From assembly GCA_965203515.1 (NCBI GenBank), contig OZ241907.1:2208001-2272000 (forward strand): a stretch of DNA of 64,000 nucleotides, in the 5' to 3' direction. The notes beneath the pieces are model-generated. The model was not told the origin of the DNA. It was given only the letters and a program-made list of their open reading frames with translations, and made no database searches. The position numbers were made by a program, and so were the translations under genes. Below, in pieces: positions 10,612 through 20,403 of the stretch. The stretch is from Spirochaetia bacterium. Lineage in GTDB: Bacteria > Spirochaetota > Spirochaetia > SZUA-6 > Bin103. How positions within the stretch are numbered: position 1 is the stretch's first letter; each line of letters begins with the position of its first letter.

Positions 10612-11244
10612 GTGCGAAGACTGCGCTACACGCTGGTGGCAGACGGTGCGTCTGATCGTGCCCTTGTCCCGATTCTCACGTGGCTGATGAGGCACTATTG
10701 CGGTTCGCTCTCCATCCAGGAGGCATACGCTGACCTGCGGCACCTTCGGAATCCTCCGCGGAGACTTGCCGAACGCATCAAGACGAGTGTTGAACTCTAC
10801 CCTTGCGATTTACTCTTCGTGCATCGGGACGCGGAACGCGCCACGATCGAACATCGCCGGTCAGAGATCACTGCAGCTCTGGAGGACAGTCGGATCATGC
10901 TTCCTGCGGTCTGTGTAGTTCCCGTGCGCATGCAGGAGGCTTGGTTGCTTATCGACGAAGCCGCGTTGAGGCGCGCGTCCGGTAACCCGAACGGTACGGT
11001 ACCTCTGAATCTGCCCGATGTTCAGAGACTTGAACATCTGCCGAATCCCAAGGAGCTTCTGCATGATCTCATGCGCCAGGCAAGCGGCCTTCATGGCCGC
11101 CGTCTGAAGAGTCTCAACCGTCGGTTACATGGTTATCGTGTAGCCGATCGTATTCACGATTTCAGACCACTATACCGGTTGGCGGCGTTCCGCCGGCTCG
11201 TAGCCGACGTGGAGCAGGTCGTAGCGGCAAACGGATGGACCTGA
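10612..11244 (+). CDS. DUF4276-like / TOPRIM-related partner of the ATPase
   Basis: LVADGASD, FVHRDAE, VPVRMQEAWLLID, PNPKELL motifs; directly downstream of the ATPase. Confidence 0.65.
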   Translation: MRRLRYTLVADGASDRALVPILTWLMRHYCGSLSIQEAYADLRHLRNPPRRLAERIKTSVELYPCDLLFVHRDAERATIEHRRSEITAALEDSRIMLPAVCVVPVRMQEAWLLIDEAALRRASGNPNGTVPLNLPDVQRLEHLPNPKELLHDLMRQASGLHGRRLKSLNRRLHGYRVADRIHDFRPLYRLAAFRRLVADVEQVVAANGWT

Positions 11245-11322
11245 CCGGAGTGTCCAGCGACAATCAAGATGAGAATGCGCGAGTAGGGGGCAGCCTCCGA
11301 CAGAGGAGGATGGAGGCCGTCG

Positions 11323-11585
11323 GTGGCCGCCGCGGAGGCATGGGACATTCGGGACCCGGCCCAGCGCGTGCCTGACCCGGACGGCGACGTTACCAACTGG
11401 ACGCACCTCAACTCGGTGAGCATCGGTCCGCGCGGCAACGTCGTCCTGTCGTTCCGCGCGCGCAATCAGGTGGTCTCGCTCAGCGCCGACCTGCGAGCGG
11501 TCGAATGGCAACTGCACGGCCCGGACAGCGATTTCGAGTCCCGAACCCGGACGACCGGTTCTTCGGCAGCACACCGCACAGCAGC
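11323..11585 (+). pseudogene. Arylsulfotransferase (ASST-like) internal fragment, frameshifted
   Basis: WTHLNSVSIGPRGNVVLSFRARNQVVSL...EWQLHGPDSDF, then after frameshifts PNPDDRFF-QHTA. Confidence 0.7.
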
Positions 11586-11695
11586 TCGACCATCTGCTGG
11601 CGGTACTCCTGTGGATACGCTTGATGCGTTCTCGCCATCGTATTCCCTCCTCTCGTCCTCACTCTTGATGTGTCCACGAAAGCGGGTCAACTCCA
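11580..11695 (-). mobile_element. IS3-family remnant (left end plus first ~20 codons of orfA)
   Basis: End TGGAGTTGACCCGCTTTCGTGGACA, SD GGAGGG, ATG 11638 MARTHQAYPQEYRQQMVELL then abrupt break. Confidence 0.75.
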
Positions 11696-11798
11696 GACCA
11701 TGCGCCGCACATGATATCCGTAGCGGGACCTTCGGCCTACTGGCCGCGGCGCTCGACAGCGCACCCGCCTCGGCCTATGGTTCGATCGGCCAGGAAAG

Positions 11799-12407
11799 AT
11801 GGGGGAGCAGGACGGGGCCGGCGCGCTGGCCGGCAGGGTCGCCTGGGTGACCGGCTCGTCGCGCGGGATCGGCCGCGTCGTCGCCGGCCACTTGGCCGGC
11901 CTGGGGGCGCGGGTCGCCGTGCACGGCACCACGCCCACCTCGACTCGCGCCTTCGGCGAGGCCGACTCCCTGCAGGCGGTCGCCGCCGAGCTGGCGGAGC
12001 AGACCGGCGGCGAGGTGTTCGCCGTTCACGGCGACTTGACCGACGAGCCGACCGTCACGGAGCTGTGCCGCCGCATCCGCGCCCGGTTCGGGCCGATCGA
12101 CATTCTGGTCAACAACGCCGGCGGCGACATCGGCTCCCGGGGCACCGCCGGGCCGAACGCCGGCAAGCCGGCCGCGAACGACGCCATCGGGGTGTCGCTG
12201 GCCGACATCCGCACGGTGCTCGACCGCAACGTCCTGGCCAGCCGGGCGGCGGACGACTCCCGCAAGGTGACGGGCGGCACCCTGACCCGCTACGGCTGGC
12301 CGGTGGAGGTGGCCCGCGCCGTGGAGTTCCTGGTCACCGGCGGCGCCTCCTACGTTACCGGGCAGATCCTTCGGGTCGACGGCGGCGCCCAGCTCTGGCC
12401 GGCCTGA
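11799..12407 (+). pseudogene. SDR oxidoreductase with in-frame internal deletion
   Basis: TGSSRGIG, NNAG and C-terminal SYVTGQILRVDGG present; catalytic S...YxxxK segment absent; only 202 aa. Confidence 0.65.
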
Positions 12408-12439
12408 CCGCCGCTCCGCCGCCGCCGGCGCGCCGGCGC

Positions 12440-14677
12440 GTGCTGCTGGCGGCGGTTCCCGCCGCCGCGGCGCTGGCGTTGCTGGCCGCCCTCTGGCGGG
12501 GGGCTGCGGCGGCGCCCGGCGGCGGCCCCCCGCAGCCGACCGCGCTGCCGTCGCAGGCGGACGATGTGGTCGCCGTCGCGCTGCAGTTCGGCTCCCGCGG
12601 CGGCGATGGGCTGGATACGGCGAACCTGCCGATCGTCGCCGAGGTCGACGCCTACTTCCGCGCCATGGAGGGGCTGCGCGGCTATTCGTCGCCGTTGCGC
12701 GCCACCGTGGTGCGGGCGACCGAGTTCGACATCGTGGTGCGCCCGTTCGTGCCGCCGGCGCTGTTGGAGGCGTATGACGCGCGCGCCGCGGCGGCGCTAC
12801 GCCGCTCCTACGACCGGTTCCCGGAGATCCATCCCTACTGGAGCGCCGACTTCAGAAGCGCCGCCTTCTACCTGGAGCTCGGCTCGCGCCTGGCGCCGGC
12901 GGTGCTGGTGGAGCGGCTGCAGCGGCTGCAGCGCGCCTTGGCGGATGAGCATGGCGCCGTCCTGCACTTTACCGGCGCCCGCCCCATCGCGGAGTCGATC
13001 GGCCGCCTGATGGTGCGCGACCTGCGCGCCCTGCTGCCGCTGGTCGGCGCCGCCACCGCGGCGATTCTGCTGCTCACCTTCGGCGGCCCGCGCGGCGCGC
13101 TGGTCGCCCTGGCGGCTACCGCCAGCGCCGCCGCGGCCGGCAACGCCCTGTTCCTGCTGCTGGCCGGCGCCGGCTCTCCGCTCCTGATCCTGGCGCCGGT
13201 GTTCGCCGGCGGCCTGTTCAGCGACTACGCGATCCACATGGGCTACCACCTGGGCTGGCGCGGCGACCGATCGGGGCGCGCCGCGCGCGCCTACCTGCGC
13301 CTGCCGCTGGCGCTGACCGCGGCCACCACCGTGATCGGCTTCCTGGCGCTGGGCGGGGTGGGGAGCGGCGTCCACCGATTCGTGGCGGTTACGGTCAGCG
13401 CCGGGGCGCTGGCCGCGCTGGCGCTGGCGCTGTGGTGGATGCCGGCCGCCGGCCGTCTGCGCGGCGCGCGGCGCCGAGGCGCGGCCGGCGCGGTCGCGCG
13501 CCGCATCCACCGCCTGCTGGTCGGGGTTCTGCTGCTGCTCGCGCGCCGCCGCTTGCCGGCAACCGTGCTGCTACTGATGCCGGTCGCCGCCGCGGCGCCG
13601 CAGCTCGGGCGGCTGGCGCCGGAGCCCTACCCGTTGCACCAGCTTCCGCCGGACTCGACGATCGTGCAGGCGGAACGCATCTTCAACCGGGAGTTCGCCG
13701 GGACAGTGCCGTTCGTCGTCGAGATCGACGCCGGCCGCGCGGACGCATTCCTGCAGCCCGCGGCGCTGCGGCACCTTGCGACCGCGCATCGGCTGCTGGC
13801 CGAGCTGCCGGCGGTGGGTCACCAGCATTCGCTGCTGTCGGTGGTGCAGCGCATCCACCGCTACTTCAACACCGCGGCGGGCGCCGGGGAGCTGCCCGCG
13901 AGCGACGATGCCGAGCGGTTCGCGCGCGTCATCGCGCAATATCTGTTGTTCTACAGCGCTTCCGCCGACGCCGCCGAATATGCGGCGCTGGCGGACCACC
14001 GCCTGGCCGCGGTGCGGTTGAACGGCATCCTGCGCTACCGCGACTTCGCCACCCTCGGCGCCCTGCGGCAAGCCGTGCAGAGAATCCGCGCGCGGTTGCC
14101 GGAGGAGTGGCGCATCAGCCTCAGCGGCCCGGCCCGCGAGCTGCTGGCGCACGGCGAACGGCTGCGCCGCAACTGGCTGCGCGCGGCCGCGGCCAGCGGC
14201 GTGTTGATCTTCGGCGCCGTGCTGGCGGTGTTCCGCAACCTGCGGCTGGCGCTGCTCAGTCTGGTCCCGGCGGGCGCGGTGCTGATCGCCGTCAGCGGTC
14301 TGGCGCCGGCCTTCGGGGTGCGCATCGACGACTACACGGTGATCGCGCTCGCCATCACCCTGGGCCTTGCCGTGGACTACACCATCCACGTGCTCAACGC
14401 GCTGCGCCATGCCGCCGGCAGCGCGGCCGGCCGGCGGCGCCGCGGCGCTGCGGCGAGAATCGGGCAGGCCTCCGCCATCGTGCGCGGCTGCGGGGTGCCG
14501 ACGTGCATGAGCTTTCTCACCTCGCTGGCGGCGTTCCTGGCGCTGGCGGTCTCCTCGTTCTCCGGGGCCGTGCACTTCGGTATGATGATCGCAGCCGCAA
14601 TCCTGGGCGCCCTGCTGTTGAGTCTGTTGATCGCCGGATGGCAACTCGCCCGCACGGAGGTGGCATGCGCCTCGTAA
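12440..14677 (+). CDS. MMPL/RND-superfamily membrane transporter (start uncertain, 12404-12440)
   Basis: Two-fold repeated TM architecture with GLFSDYAIH and GLAVDYTIH motifs. Confidence 0.8.
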   Translation: MLLAAVPAAAALALLAALWRGAAAAPGGGPPQPTALPSQADDVVAVALQFGSRGGDGLDTANLPIVAEVDAYFRAMEGLRGYSSPLRATVVRATEFDIVVRPFVPPALLEAYDARAAAALRRSYDRFPEIHPYWSADFRSAAFYLELGSRLAPAVLVERLQRLQRALADEHGAVLHFTGARPIAESIGRLMVRDLRALLPLVGAATAAILLLTFGGPRGALVALAATASAAAAGNALFLLLAGAGSPLLILAPVFAGGLFSDYAIHMGYHLGWRGDRSGRAARAYLRLPLALTAATTVIGFLALGGVGSGVHRFVAVTVSAGALAALALALWWMPAAGRLRGARRRGAAGAVARRIHRLLVGVLLLLARRRLPATVLLLMPVAAAAPQLGRLAPEPYPLHQLPPDSTIVQAERIFNREFAGTVPFVVEIDAGRADAFLQPAALRHLATAHRLLAELPAVGHQHSLLSVVQRIHRYFNTAAGAGELPASDDAERFARVIAQYLLFYSASADAAEYAALADHRLAAVRLNGILRYRDFATLGALRQAVQRIRARLPEEWRISLSGPARELLAHGERLRRNWLRAAAASGVLIFGAVLAVFRNLRLALLSLVPAGAVLIAVSGLAPAFGVRIDDYTVIALAITLGLAVDYTIHVLNALRHAAGSAAGRRRRGAAARIGQASAIVRGCGVPTCMSFLTSLAAFLALAVSSFSGAVHFGMMIAAAILGALLLSLLIAGWQLARTEVACAS

Positions 14678-15444
14678 CCGTGGTTCCGATGCTGATCGCC
14701 GCCCTGGCGGCGGCGCCGTCGACCGCCGCCGCCCAGGACGCGGCCACGATCGCGGCCCGCGCCGACGCGCGCAGCGCGCCCGCCAATCTGAGCGGGTCCC
14801 TCATCCTGACCATCACCTCGCCGGACGGCGCGCAGCGCGTGATCCGCGCGGACGCCTACCAGAAGCGGCGTAGCGCCGCGCGCGAAGACCGGCTGTTCGT
14901 GTTTACCTTTCCGCCCAACGTGCGCGACACGGCGCTGCTGGTCCACTCCAACATCGAACAGGGCGCCGACAGCATGTGGATCTACCTGCCCGCGCTGGAG
15001 CGGATCAAACGCGTCGACCTGGGCGCCGCCGGGGGCGGCTATTTCCTCGGCAGCGACTTCACCTTTCGCGATCTGGTGAGCCGCGACCCGGCCGACTACG
15101 CGCACACGCTGCTGCCGGCGGAAGACGCCGACCACTACCTGATCGAGCTGCGCGGCCGCACCCCGGAGCTGCAGCGCGCGTTCGGCTACGCGCGCGAGGA
15201 GCACGTCATTCGCAAGGACGACTTTCAGCGCCGGCGGGTGCGGTTCTACGACTTGGCCGGCGATCCGTTGAAGGAGCTGAGCGTGGAGGAAACGCACACG
15301 GTCGACGGCCATGCCTTTCCGTCGCGGGTGCGCATGGTCAATCATCGGACCGGCCACGTGTCCGAGATCGTATTCGAGGAGCTGTCGTTCTCTGCCGACA
15401 TCCCGGACCGACTGTTTACCCAGCGCTACCTGCGGCAGCGGTAG
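14665..15444 (+). CDS. Outer-membrane lipoprotein-sorting (LolA-like) protein
   Basis: GGAGG + ATG 14665, signal peptide, MWIYLPALERIKRV, FLGSDFTFRDL, DRLFTQRYL. Confidence 0.8.
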   Translation: MRLVTVVPMLIAALAAAPSTAAAQDAATIAARADARSAPANLSGSLILTITSPDGAQRVIRADAYQKRRSAAREDRLFVFTFPPNVRDTALLVHSNIEQGADSMWIYLPALERIKRVDLGAAGGGYFLGSDFTFRDLVSRDPADYAHTLLPAEDADHYLIELRGRTPELQRAFGYAREEHVIRKDDFQRRRVRFYDLAGDPLKELSVEETHTVDGHAFPSRVRMVNHRTGHVSEIVFEELSFSADIPDRLFTQRYLRQR

Positions 15445-15451
15445 GCGTGGG

Positions 15452-16870
15452 ATGAGGCGGCCCGTCAGGCGCGTCAGGGGTTCGGCCGCGCTGCTGGTCC
15501 GGGCGGCGGCGGTGCTGACGGCGACGGTGCTGGGGGCGGCGCCGTCTGCGGCCGACGAGCTGGAGGTGGTCGTGGGCGGCCTGGTGCGGCTCGAGCATTA
15601 CTGGCTGGCGGAGGATCGATCCTCCGCCGACGACCGGTCGCGGCTTACCGCGCTGAGCCAGATCCGGGCCGGCGCCGGCGACACGTGGACGGCGTACCTG
15701 GAGCTGATCGGGCACCTCCGGGTCGACCCCGACGGCGCCGCCGTGGCGCCCGACGAGTTGACCTTGGGCGACGCCGACGATCTGGTCCGCCAAGCGTACC
15801 TCTCGTTGCGGCTGGGCGCGTTCGACGTCGACCTCGGCAAGAAGTTCGTGACCTGGGGCAAGGTCGACTTTGCCAGCCCGCTCGACGTCGTCAACCACTT
15901 CGACGGCGACCTGCTGGCGCTGACGGATCCGCTGCACGGCCCGCGCGCCGACCCGCTGCTGCACGTCACCGCCTATCCGAGCGATGACCTGAGCGTGGAG
16001 CTGGTCTACGTACCGTTTCTCGCGCCCAACCTGCTGCCCTTCGAGGAGCTGGAACTCGACTTCCGGTTGGGCGCGCTCGCCGTGGACGCCGCGTTGCGCT
16101 ACCCGAAAACGGCGCCGTTCGCGGAGTGGGCGCACTCGCTGCACGGCGCGGTCTCCTGGTCCACCTTCCTGCTCGACCTGCAGGTGACCTACTCCTGGTT
16201 CCGCGACCAGATGCCCGACCTCGATCTGAGCCGGCTGCAGGAGCGGATCGGAGCGCGGCACGAGATCGAGGGCGTGGTGGTCCCCGCATACTACCGCGCC
16301 CATAACGTCGGCCTCGGCGCCAGCCTGGACCTCGGCGGCTGGGTGATCTCAGCCGACGCCGGCGCCAAGTTCCTCGAGCAGAACCTCGACGGAACGCGCA
16401 TCGACATCAAGAACCCGGAGCTCCGCTCCGCGCTGCAGGTCGACCGCCTGTTCGCGGTCGGGCAGCAACCGCTCACCGCCACCGCCGGCGTAGCCCACCG
16501 CCTGGTACTCTACGACCGGAGCGCCTGGCGGTCGCCGTACAGCGAATTCCTCACCAACTTCATCGGCACCGAGGCCGACCGCCGCCTGCACCTCCAGCAC
16601 GAGCCGTCGACCTGGTACCTGTTGAGCCGCCTGCAGACCAGCTTGCTGCGCGAACGGCTCAGCGCCGAAACGACCGCGGTGTGGGGCGTCAGCGAGCAGG
16701 CGCTGCACTTGGCGCCGCGGCTGAGCTACGCGATCACCGATTCCTGGTCGGTGGCCGGCGGCGCCAACCTGTGGCTGATGCTCGACGGCCCCGACAGCGC
16801 CAGGACGGGATTGCTGCGCCGGGACGACGCCAAAGACAACGTGTTCTTCCGGGCCACGCTGCGCTACTGA
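15452..16870 (+). CDS. Putative outer-membrane beta-barrel (DUF1302-like)
   Basis: Signal peptide, RQAYL...GKKFVTWGKVDFASPLDVVN, terminal FFRATLRY. Confidence 0.65.
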   Translation: MRRPVRRVRGSAALLVRAAAVLTATVLGAAPSAADELEVVVGGLVRLEHYWLAEDRSSADDRSRLTALSQIRAGAGDTWTAYLELIGHLRVDPDGAAVAPDELTLGDADDLVRQAYLSLRLGAFDVDLGKKFVTWGKVDFASPLDVVNHFDGDLLALTDPLHGPRADPLLHVTAYPSDDLSVELVYVPFLAPNLLPFEELELDFRLGALAVDAALRYPKTAPFAEWAHSLHGAVSWSTFLLDLQVTYSWFRDQMPDLDLSRLQERIGARHEIEGVVVPAYYRAHNVGLGASLDLGGWVISADAGAKFLEQNLDGTRIDIKNPELRSALQVDRLFAVGQQPLTATAGVAHRLVLYDRSAWRSPYSEFLTNFIGTEADRRLHLQHEPSTWYLLSRLQTSLLRERLSAETTAVWGVSEQALHLAPRLSYAITDSWSVAGGANLWLMLDGPDSARTGLLRRDDAKDNVFFRATLRY

Positions 16871-16903
16871 CGCCGCCCTGGACAGCCTGCCGTCCGCCGG
16901 CCG

Positions 16904-17443
16904 CTAACTCGCCGCCGCCTGCTTCGTGAGCGTGAGCTTCTCTTCGGCCGTCTTCGTTGCCCCAAGCAACCTGAGTGCCTGACCGCTGACCTTGAGATCG
17001 TTACCCATCAGTTCGTACGTCAGGGTCTGCGGAGCCGTGGTCAGCGCCGGTCTGATGGCAGCAGGGATGGCATCTTCCGGGGTCACGTTGGTGATGGTGA
17101 CCTCAATCTCCGCAGCTTTCACCTCCATGCTCCCGGTCACTGTGATCGGCGGCTGCGGCGGCGCCGATTCCGGCGCCGTGGTCGTTACCATGAGCGAAAT
17201 GGTACCCATGTTCGAGCCGGTGCCCTTCGCGATCGTTGCCGTGACGACCCTCGTTACCGGAATCTTCTGCTCCGGGGTCTCGCCAGCCGCCGGAATAGTG
17301 ACCGTCGCGGCTATCGAACCTGACATCCAGGTGCCGACCAGCGGCGTCACGTAGTCTGTCTTCCTTGTTGCACCGCCGCAGCCGGCCAACACCACCATGG
17401 CGACGAGCGCGATCCCGCCAAGCGAAACGAATCTGAATCTCAT
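16904..17443 (-). CDS. Putative lipoprotein (beta-rich, lipocalin-like LVGTW motif)
   Basis: GGAGG SD, lipobox VLAGC; upstream TTGACA-17nt-CATGCT. Confidence 0.7.
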   Translation of the reverse strand: MRFRFVSLGGIALVAMVVLAGCGGATRKTDYVTPLVGTWMSGSIAATVTIPAAGETPEQKIPVTRVVTATIAKGTGSNMGTISLMVTTTAPESAPPQPPITVTGSMEVKAAEIEVTITNVTPEDAIPAAIRPALTTAPQTLTYELMGNDLKVSGQALRLLGATKTAEEKLTLTKQAAAS

Positions 17444-17521
17444 TCCGATTCCTCCCCGTGTGGGTCGATTCATCCGTACACCCACCGTGCCTGAGCATGT
17501 GACGACCCGGGCGGCCTGTCA

Positions 17522-17673
17522 AGCTACGCGCTAGGCGAGCAGTTCGTCGGCGGTATGGACGACCCGATAGCGGGCCGGCGACTCGCCCGCGCGCCGTCGG
17601 CCGCAGGGCGTCGTACACCACGGGGCTGAAAGCTGACGGTGAGTGGCGACGGAGTAGCTGCTGCCGGCGATTC
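17522..17673. repeat. Deletion scar of a second type III R-M locus (copy of 3778-3843 fused to copy of 8689-8777)
   Basis: 17522-17587 matches the res 3' end with 4 mismatches in 66 nt; 17586-17673 aligns to the sequence upstream of mod. Confidence 0.85.
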
Positions 17674-17675
17674 AG

Positions 17676-18450
17676 GCCTCCCGACGCTGAGGGCGGAGCC
17701 TACTCGCGCGCGCTGGATTTGCGGCTGGACGCGGCGGCCGGCACTGCGGTGAAGGTGTGGGAATACCGGCCGACGCCGGACAACTACGCGCCGTCCCTGA
17801 GCAGTGCCTACCGGCTGAGCAACGGCAATACGCTGGTCAACTTCTCCCGGGGAGACCATGCAGGAAACCGCTCGGTGGTGGAGGTGGATGCTGCCGGCAA
17901 CGAAGTGTTCCGGATCGATAATCCGCCGTTGCATGCAGGTGAGGACTTGCCGGTGCGTTATCGAGTCTACGACGGCATCGTGGCGATCATGGACGAAACC
18001 ACGCTGCGGCCGCCGGCGGCGGCGCCTGCGCACGTGCGCGTCGCGACGTTCGAGAAGGATTACTACTTGGCCAAGGAGCAGGCGCGGTTCCGCGAACTGG
18101 AGGAGTCCCTGGACGGACGGCAGCGCGCTGCCGGCGGGGCGTTCGACGTGTATCAGGCAGGGGGCGGCTGGTATACGCGAACGGATCCTGCCGTCCGTGG
18201 GATGTCCGGGAGCGCTTCTTTCCGCACGTCTTCCCGGTCGCCGAAGACGACTTGGCCGCCGTCAACCGGGAACGGGGATTCGACAATCTCGGTTTCAGTT
18301 TCTGGACGCGCGGCGTGCTCCTGGAAGGCACCTGCCTGATGGCCGCGACACTCCCGGAGTATGAGATCGCCCATGTCCGGACTGGCCAGTACATCAGCGG
18401 CGAAGGCTAGCTCTGGACTGCGGAGATTGCAATGCCGTCCGCGGCGCAGC
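17676..18450 (+). pseudogene. Arylsulfotransferase C-terminal fragment with extra C-terminal domain
   Basis: PDAEGGAYSRALDLRLD...VWEYRPTPDNYAPSLSSAYRLSNGNTLVNF; frameshift near 18165 and in-frame TAG near 18408. Confidence 0.7.
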
Positions 18451-18537
18451 AGCGTGATGCCATCGAGCCGGAGCCCAACCGGTAACGGAGGGCGAACCGG
18501 CGGACGGCTCGAACTCCTTCGCCAAGTCCTCCGGCGC

Positions 18538-20130
18538 TTACATACCCCACACGGTGATCGGCGGGCCGGCGGCGTCGGATGCGGATGCTGTGCGGCGGAA
18601 CAGCTTCTGCTCCCACGGCTTGTCCGCGCTGCGGTCGAAGATCACCAGGTGCCCCTCGCCGGCGCCGCAGCGGTCCAGGTAGGCGCGGGTCTGGGCGAGC
18701 CCGTCGCGGATGGTCCGCTCCAGGCTGCGGTGCAGCAGCTTGCACTCGATCACCATCCGACGGGTGCGCCCGGGCGGCGCCGCGGCCGGCCAGACGATCA
18801 GCAGGTCGGTGCGCATCCGGCCCAGGCCATACTCGCGTTCGATGCGCCCGCCGCTGTTGACGATGCGCTGCAGGAACGCCTGCAACAGCAACTGGGGGCC
18901 GGCTTCGCGGTACTGAAAGCGCTCGATCCAGTGCTCGGAGTGCGCGCGAAAGAACTCCTGGAACGCGGCCAGCAGCTCGGTGAGCCGCAGGTTGCCCGCG
19001 GCGTCCACGTACCACGCCGGGTCGTGCGTGAAGGCCGCCTGAGTGGTCCAGGTGAGGTCGCGCGGGATCATCTCGCGGTAGATCGGGTTGGCGATGCGGA
19101 CCGGATCGTCCCGCGCCGCCAGGCCCAGGTCGCGTACGTACTGCAGGTCGTCCGGGCGCATCTCGGTGGTCGCCTGCCCGCTCAGCAGCGGGGCGATCAC
19201 CCGGTGCACGCGCGCTTCCTGCAGCTTGTCGGCAAGCTGGTCCAGGTGGGTGTCGCGGCGCACGATGAGCTGCTCGCGCGCGGCGTGGATGGCGTCCGCG
19301 GTGAGTGGGCGGCTGCGGTCGCGGCCGGCGGGGCCGCGGTCGCACGCCTCGTGGGCCAGGGCGTTCACCAGCCACGGCTGGCCGGCGGTCAGCTCCCACA
19401 CCGTTTCCAGGGCGGCGGCGGTCCACGGCTGGCCCGTCTCGGCGCTGTATTGGGCGAGCAAGGCACGCACCTCGGTTGCTGAAAAATCCCCCAACCGCAG
19501 CGACTCGGCCTTGACGTTGAAGGCGCTGCCGCCGGTGATCACGGCGTTTTCGCTGCTCGAACGGATGCGGTAGTCGCGCACGTCGCGCACCCCGCACAGG
19601 ATCACGCTCTGCGGAAAGTGCCGCGGGCGCCGCGCGTAGCCGGTGCGCAGTTGGCGCAGCACCGCGATCAGGGTGTCGCCGACCAGCGCGTCGATCTCGT
19701 CGATCAGGAGCACCAGCGGTTTGCGGTCGGCCGCCGCCCAGCGGCTCAGAACTTCGCGCAGGCAGTTGTGCGGCCCGGCGCGTTCCAGCGCCTCCGGCCA
19801 GATCTGCGCCGGGAACGGATCGTCCAGCACGATGCGCGCCTCGCCGGCCAGTTCGTTGAGGATGGCGCGCATGGCGGCGCCGACGTCCTCGCGCGCGGAC
19901 TGGCCGCTCTCGACGTTGACGTAGAGGCAGCGGTAGGCGCCGCCGGCGTTCAGTTCGTCGGTGAGCGCCAGCAAGGCCGATGTCTTGCCGGTCTGGCGCG
20001 GCGCGTGCAGCACGAAGTAGCGCTGCTGCCGCATGAGGGTGCGCACCTCGCTTTCGTCCAGCCGGCTCAACGGCGGGATGCAGTAGTGGGCGTCCGGTTG
20101 CATCGGCCCGGCGGTGTTGAAGAAGCGCAT
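18538..20130 (-). CDS. AAA-like ATPase with C-terminal PD-(D/E)XK-like domain (paralogue of 48851..50446)
   Basis: HAPRQTGKTS, LLIDEID, REYGLGRMRTDL...VIECK. Confidence 0.85.
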   Translation of the reverse strand: MRFFNTAGPMQPDAHYCIPPLSRLDESEVRTLMRQQRYFVLHAPRQTGKTSALLALTDELNAGGAYRCLYVNVESGQSAREDVGAAMRAILNELAGEARIVLDDPFPAQIWPEALERAGPHNCLREVLSRWAAADRKPLVLLIDEIDALVGDTLIAVLRQLRTGYARRPRHFPQSVILCGVRDVRDYRIRSSSENAVITGGSAFNVKAESLRLGDFSATEVRALLAQYSAETGQPWTAAALETVWELTAGQPWLVNALAHEACDRGPAGRDRSRPLTADAIHAAREQLIVRRDTHLDQLADKLQEARVHRVIAPLLSGQATTEMRPDDLQYVRDLGLAARDDPVRIANPIYREMIPRDLTWTTQAAFTHDPAWYVDAAGNLRLTELLAAFQEFFRAHSEHWIERFQYREAGPQLLLQAFLQRIVNSGGRIEREYGLGRMRTDLLIVWPAAAPPGRTRRMVIECKLLHRSLERTIRDGLAQTRAYLDRCGAGEGHLVIFDRSADKPWEQKLFRRTASASDAAGPPITVWGM

Positions 20131-20403
20131 CTCCGTTACCGCGTGGGGCGCGGCAGGCGCCCCCTTCGTGCCGCCCCCCCCATTTCAGCGCCCGGCGAGT
20201 TGCGCGGCCGCCAGCCGCGGCGGCAGCCGTCGTCCACTTTCAGATCGTCGATGTGCGGCAGCATGGCGCTGGTTCCTCCTCAAACGGCCTTCAGGGCGGT
20301 GTGCCGGCCGCACGCCGCAGAGGGCCCCTGAGTATGGCACGACTGCGGCCCCACGCGCCCCCGCCCGGACCCTCCTCGACCGGACCGCCCCTCGCCCGGA
20401 CCA

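Noticed and set aside
18480..20141. 11-bp inverted repeat CGGTAACGGAG flanking the AAA gene (possible invertible segment)
   Set aside because: Short, overlaps the gene's SD on one side, no recombinase nearby, and not seen around the paralogue; may be chance or a small relic.
20174..20281. C8 run and minus-strand SD + ATG (MLPHIDDLKVDDG...) upstream of the AAA gene
   Set aside because: No assignable family; a C8 run is not unusual at this GC content.
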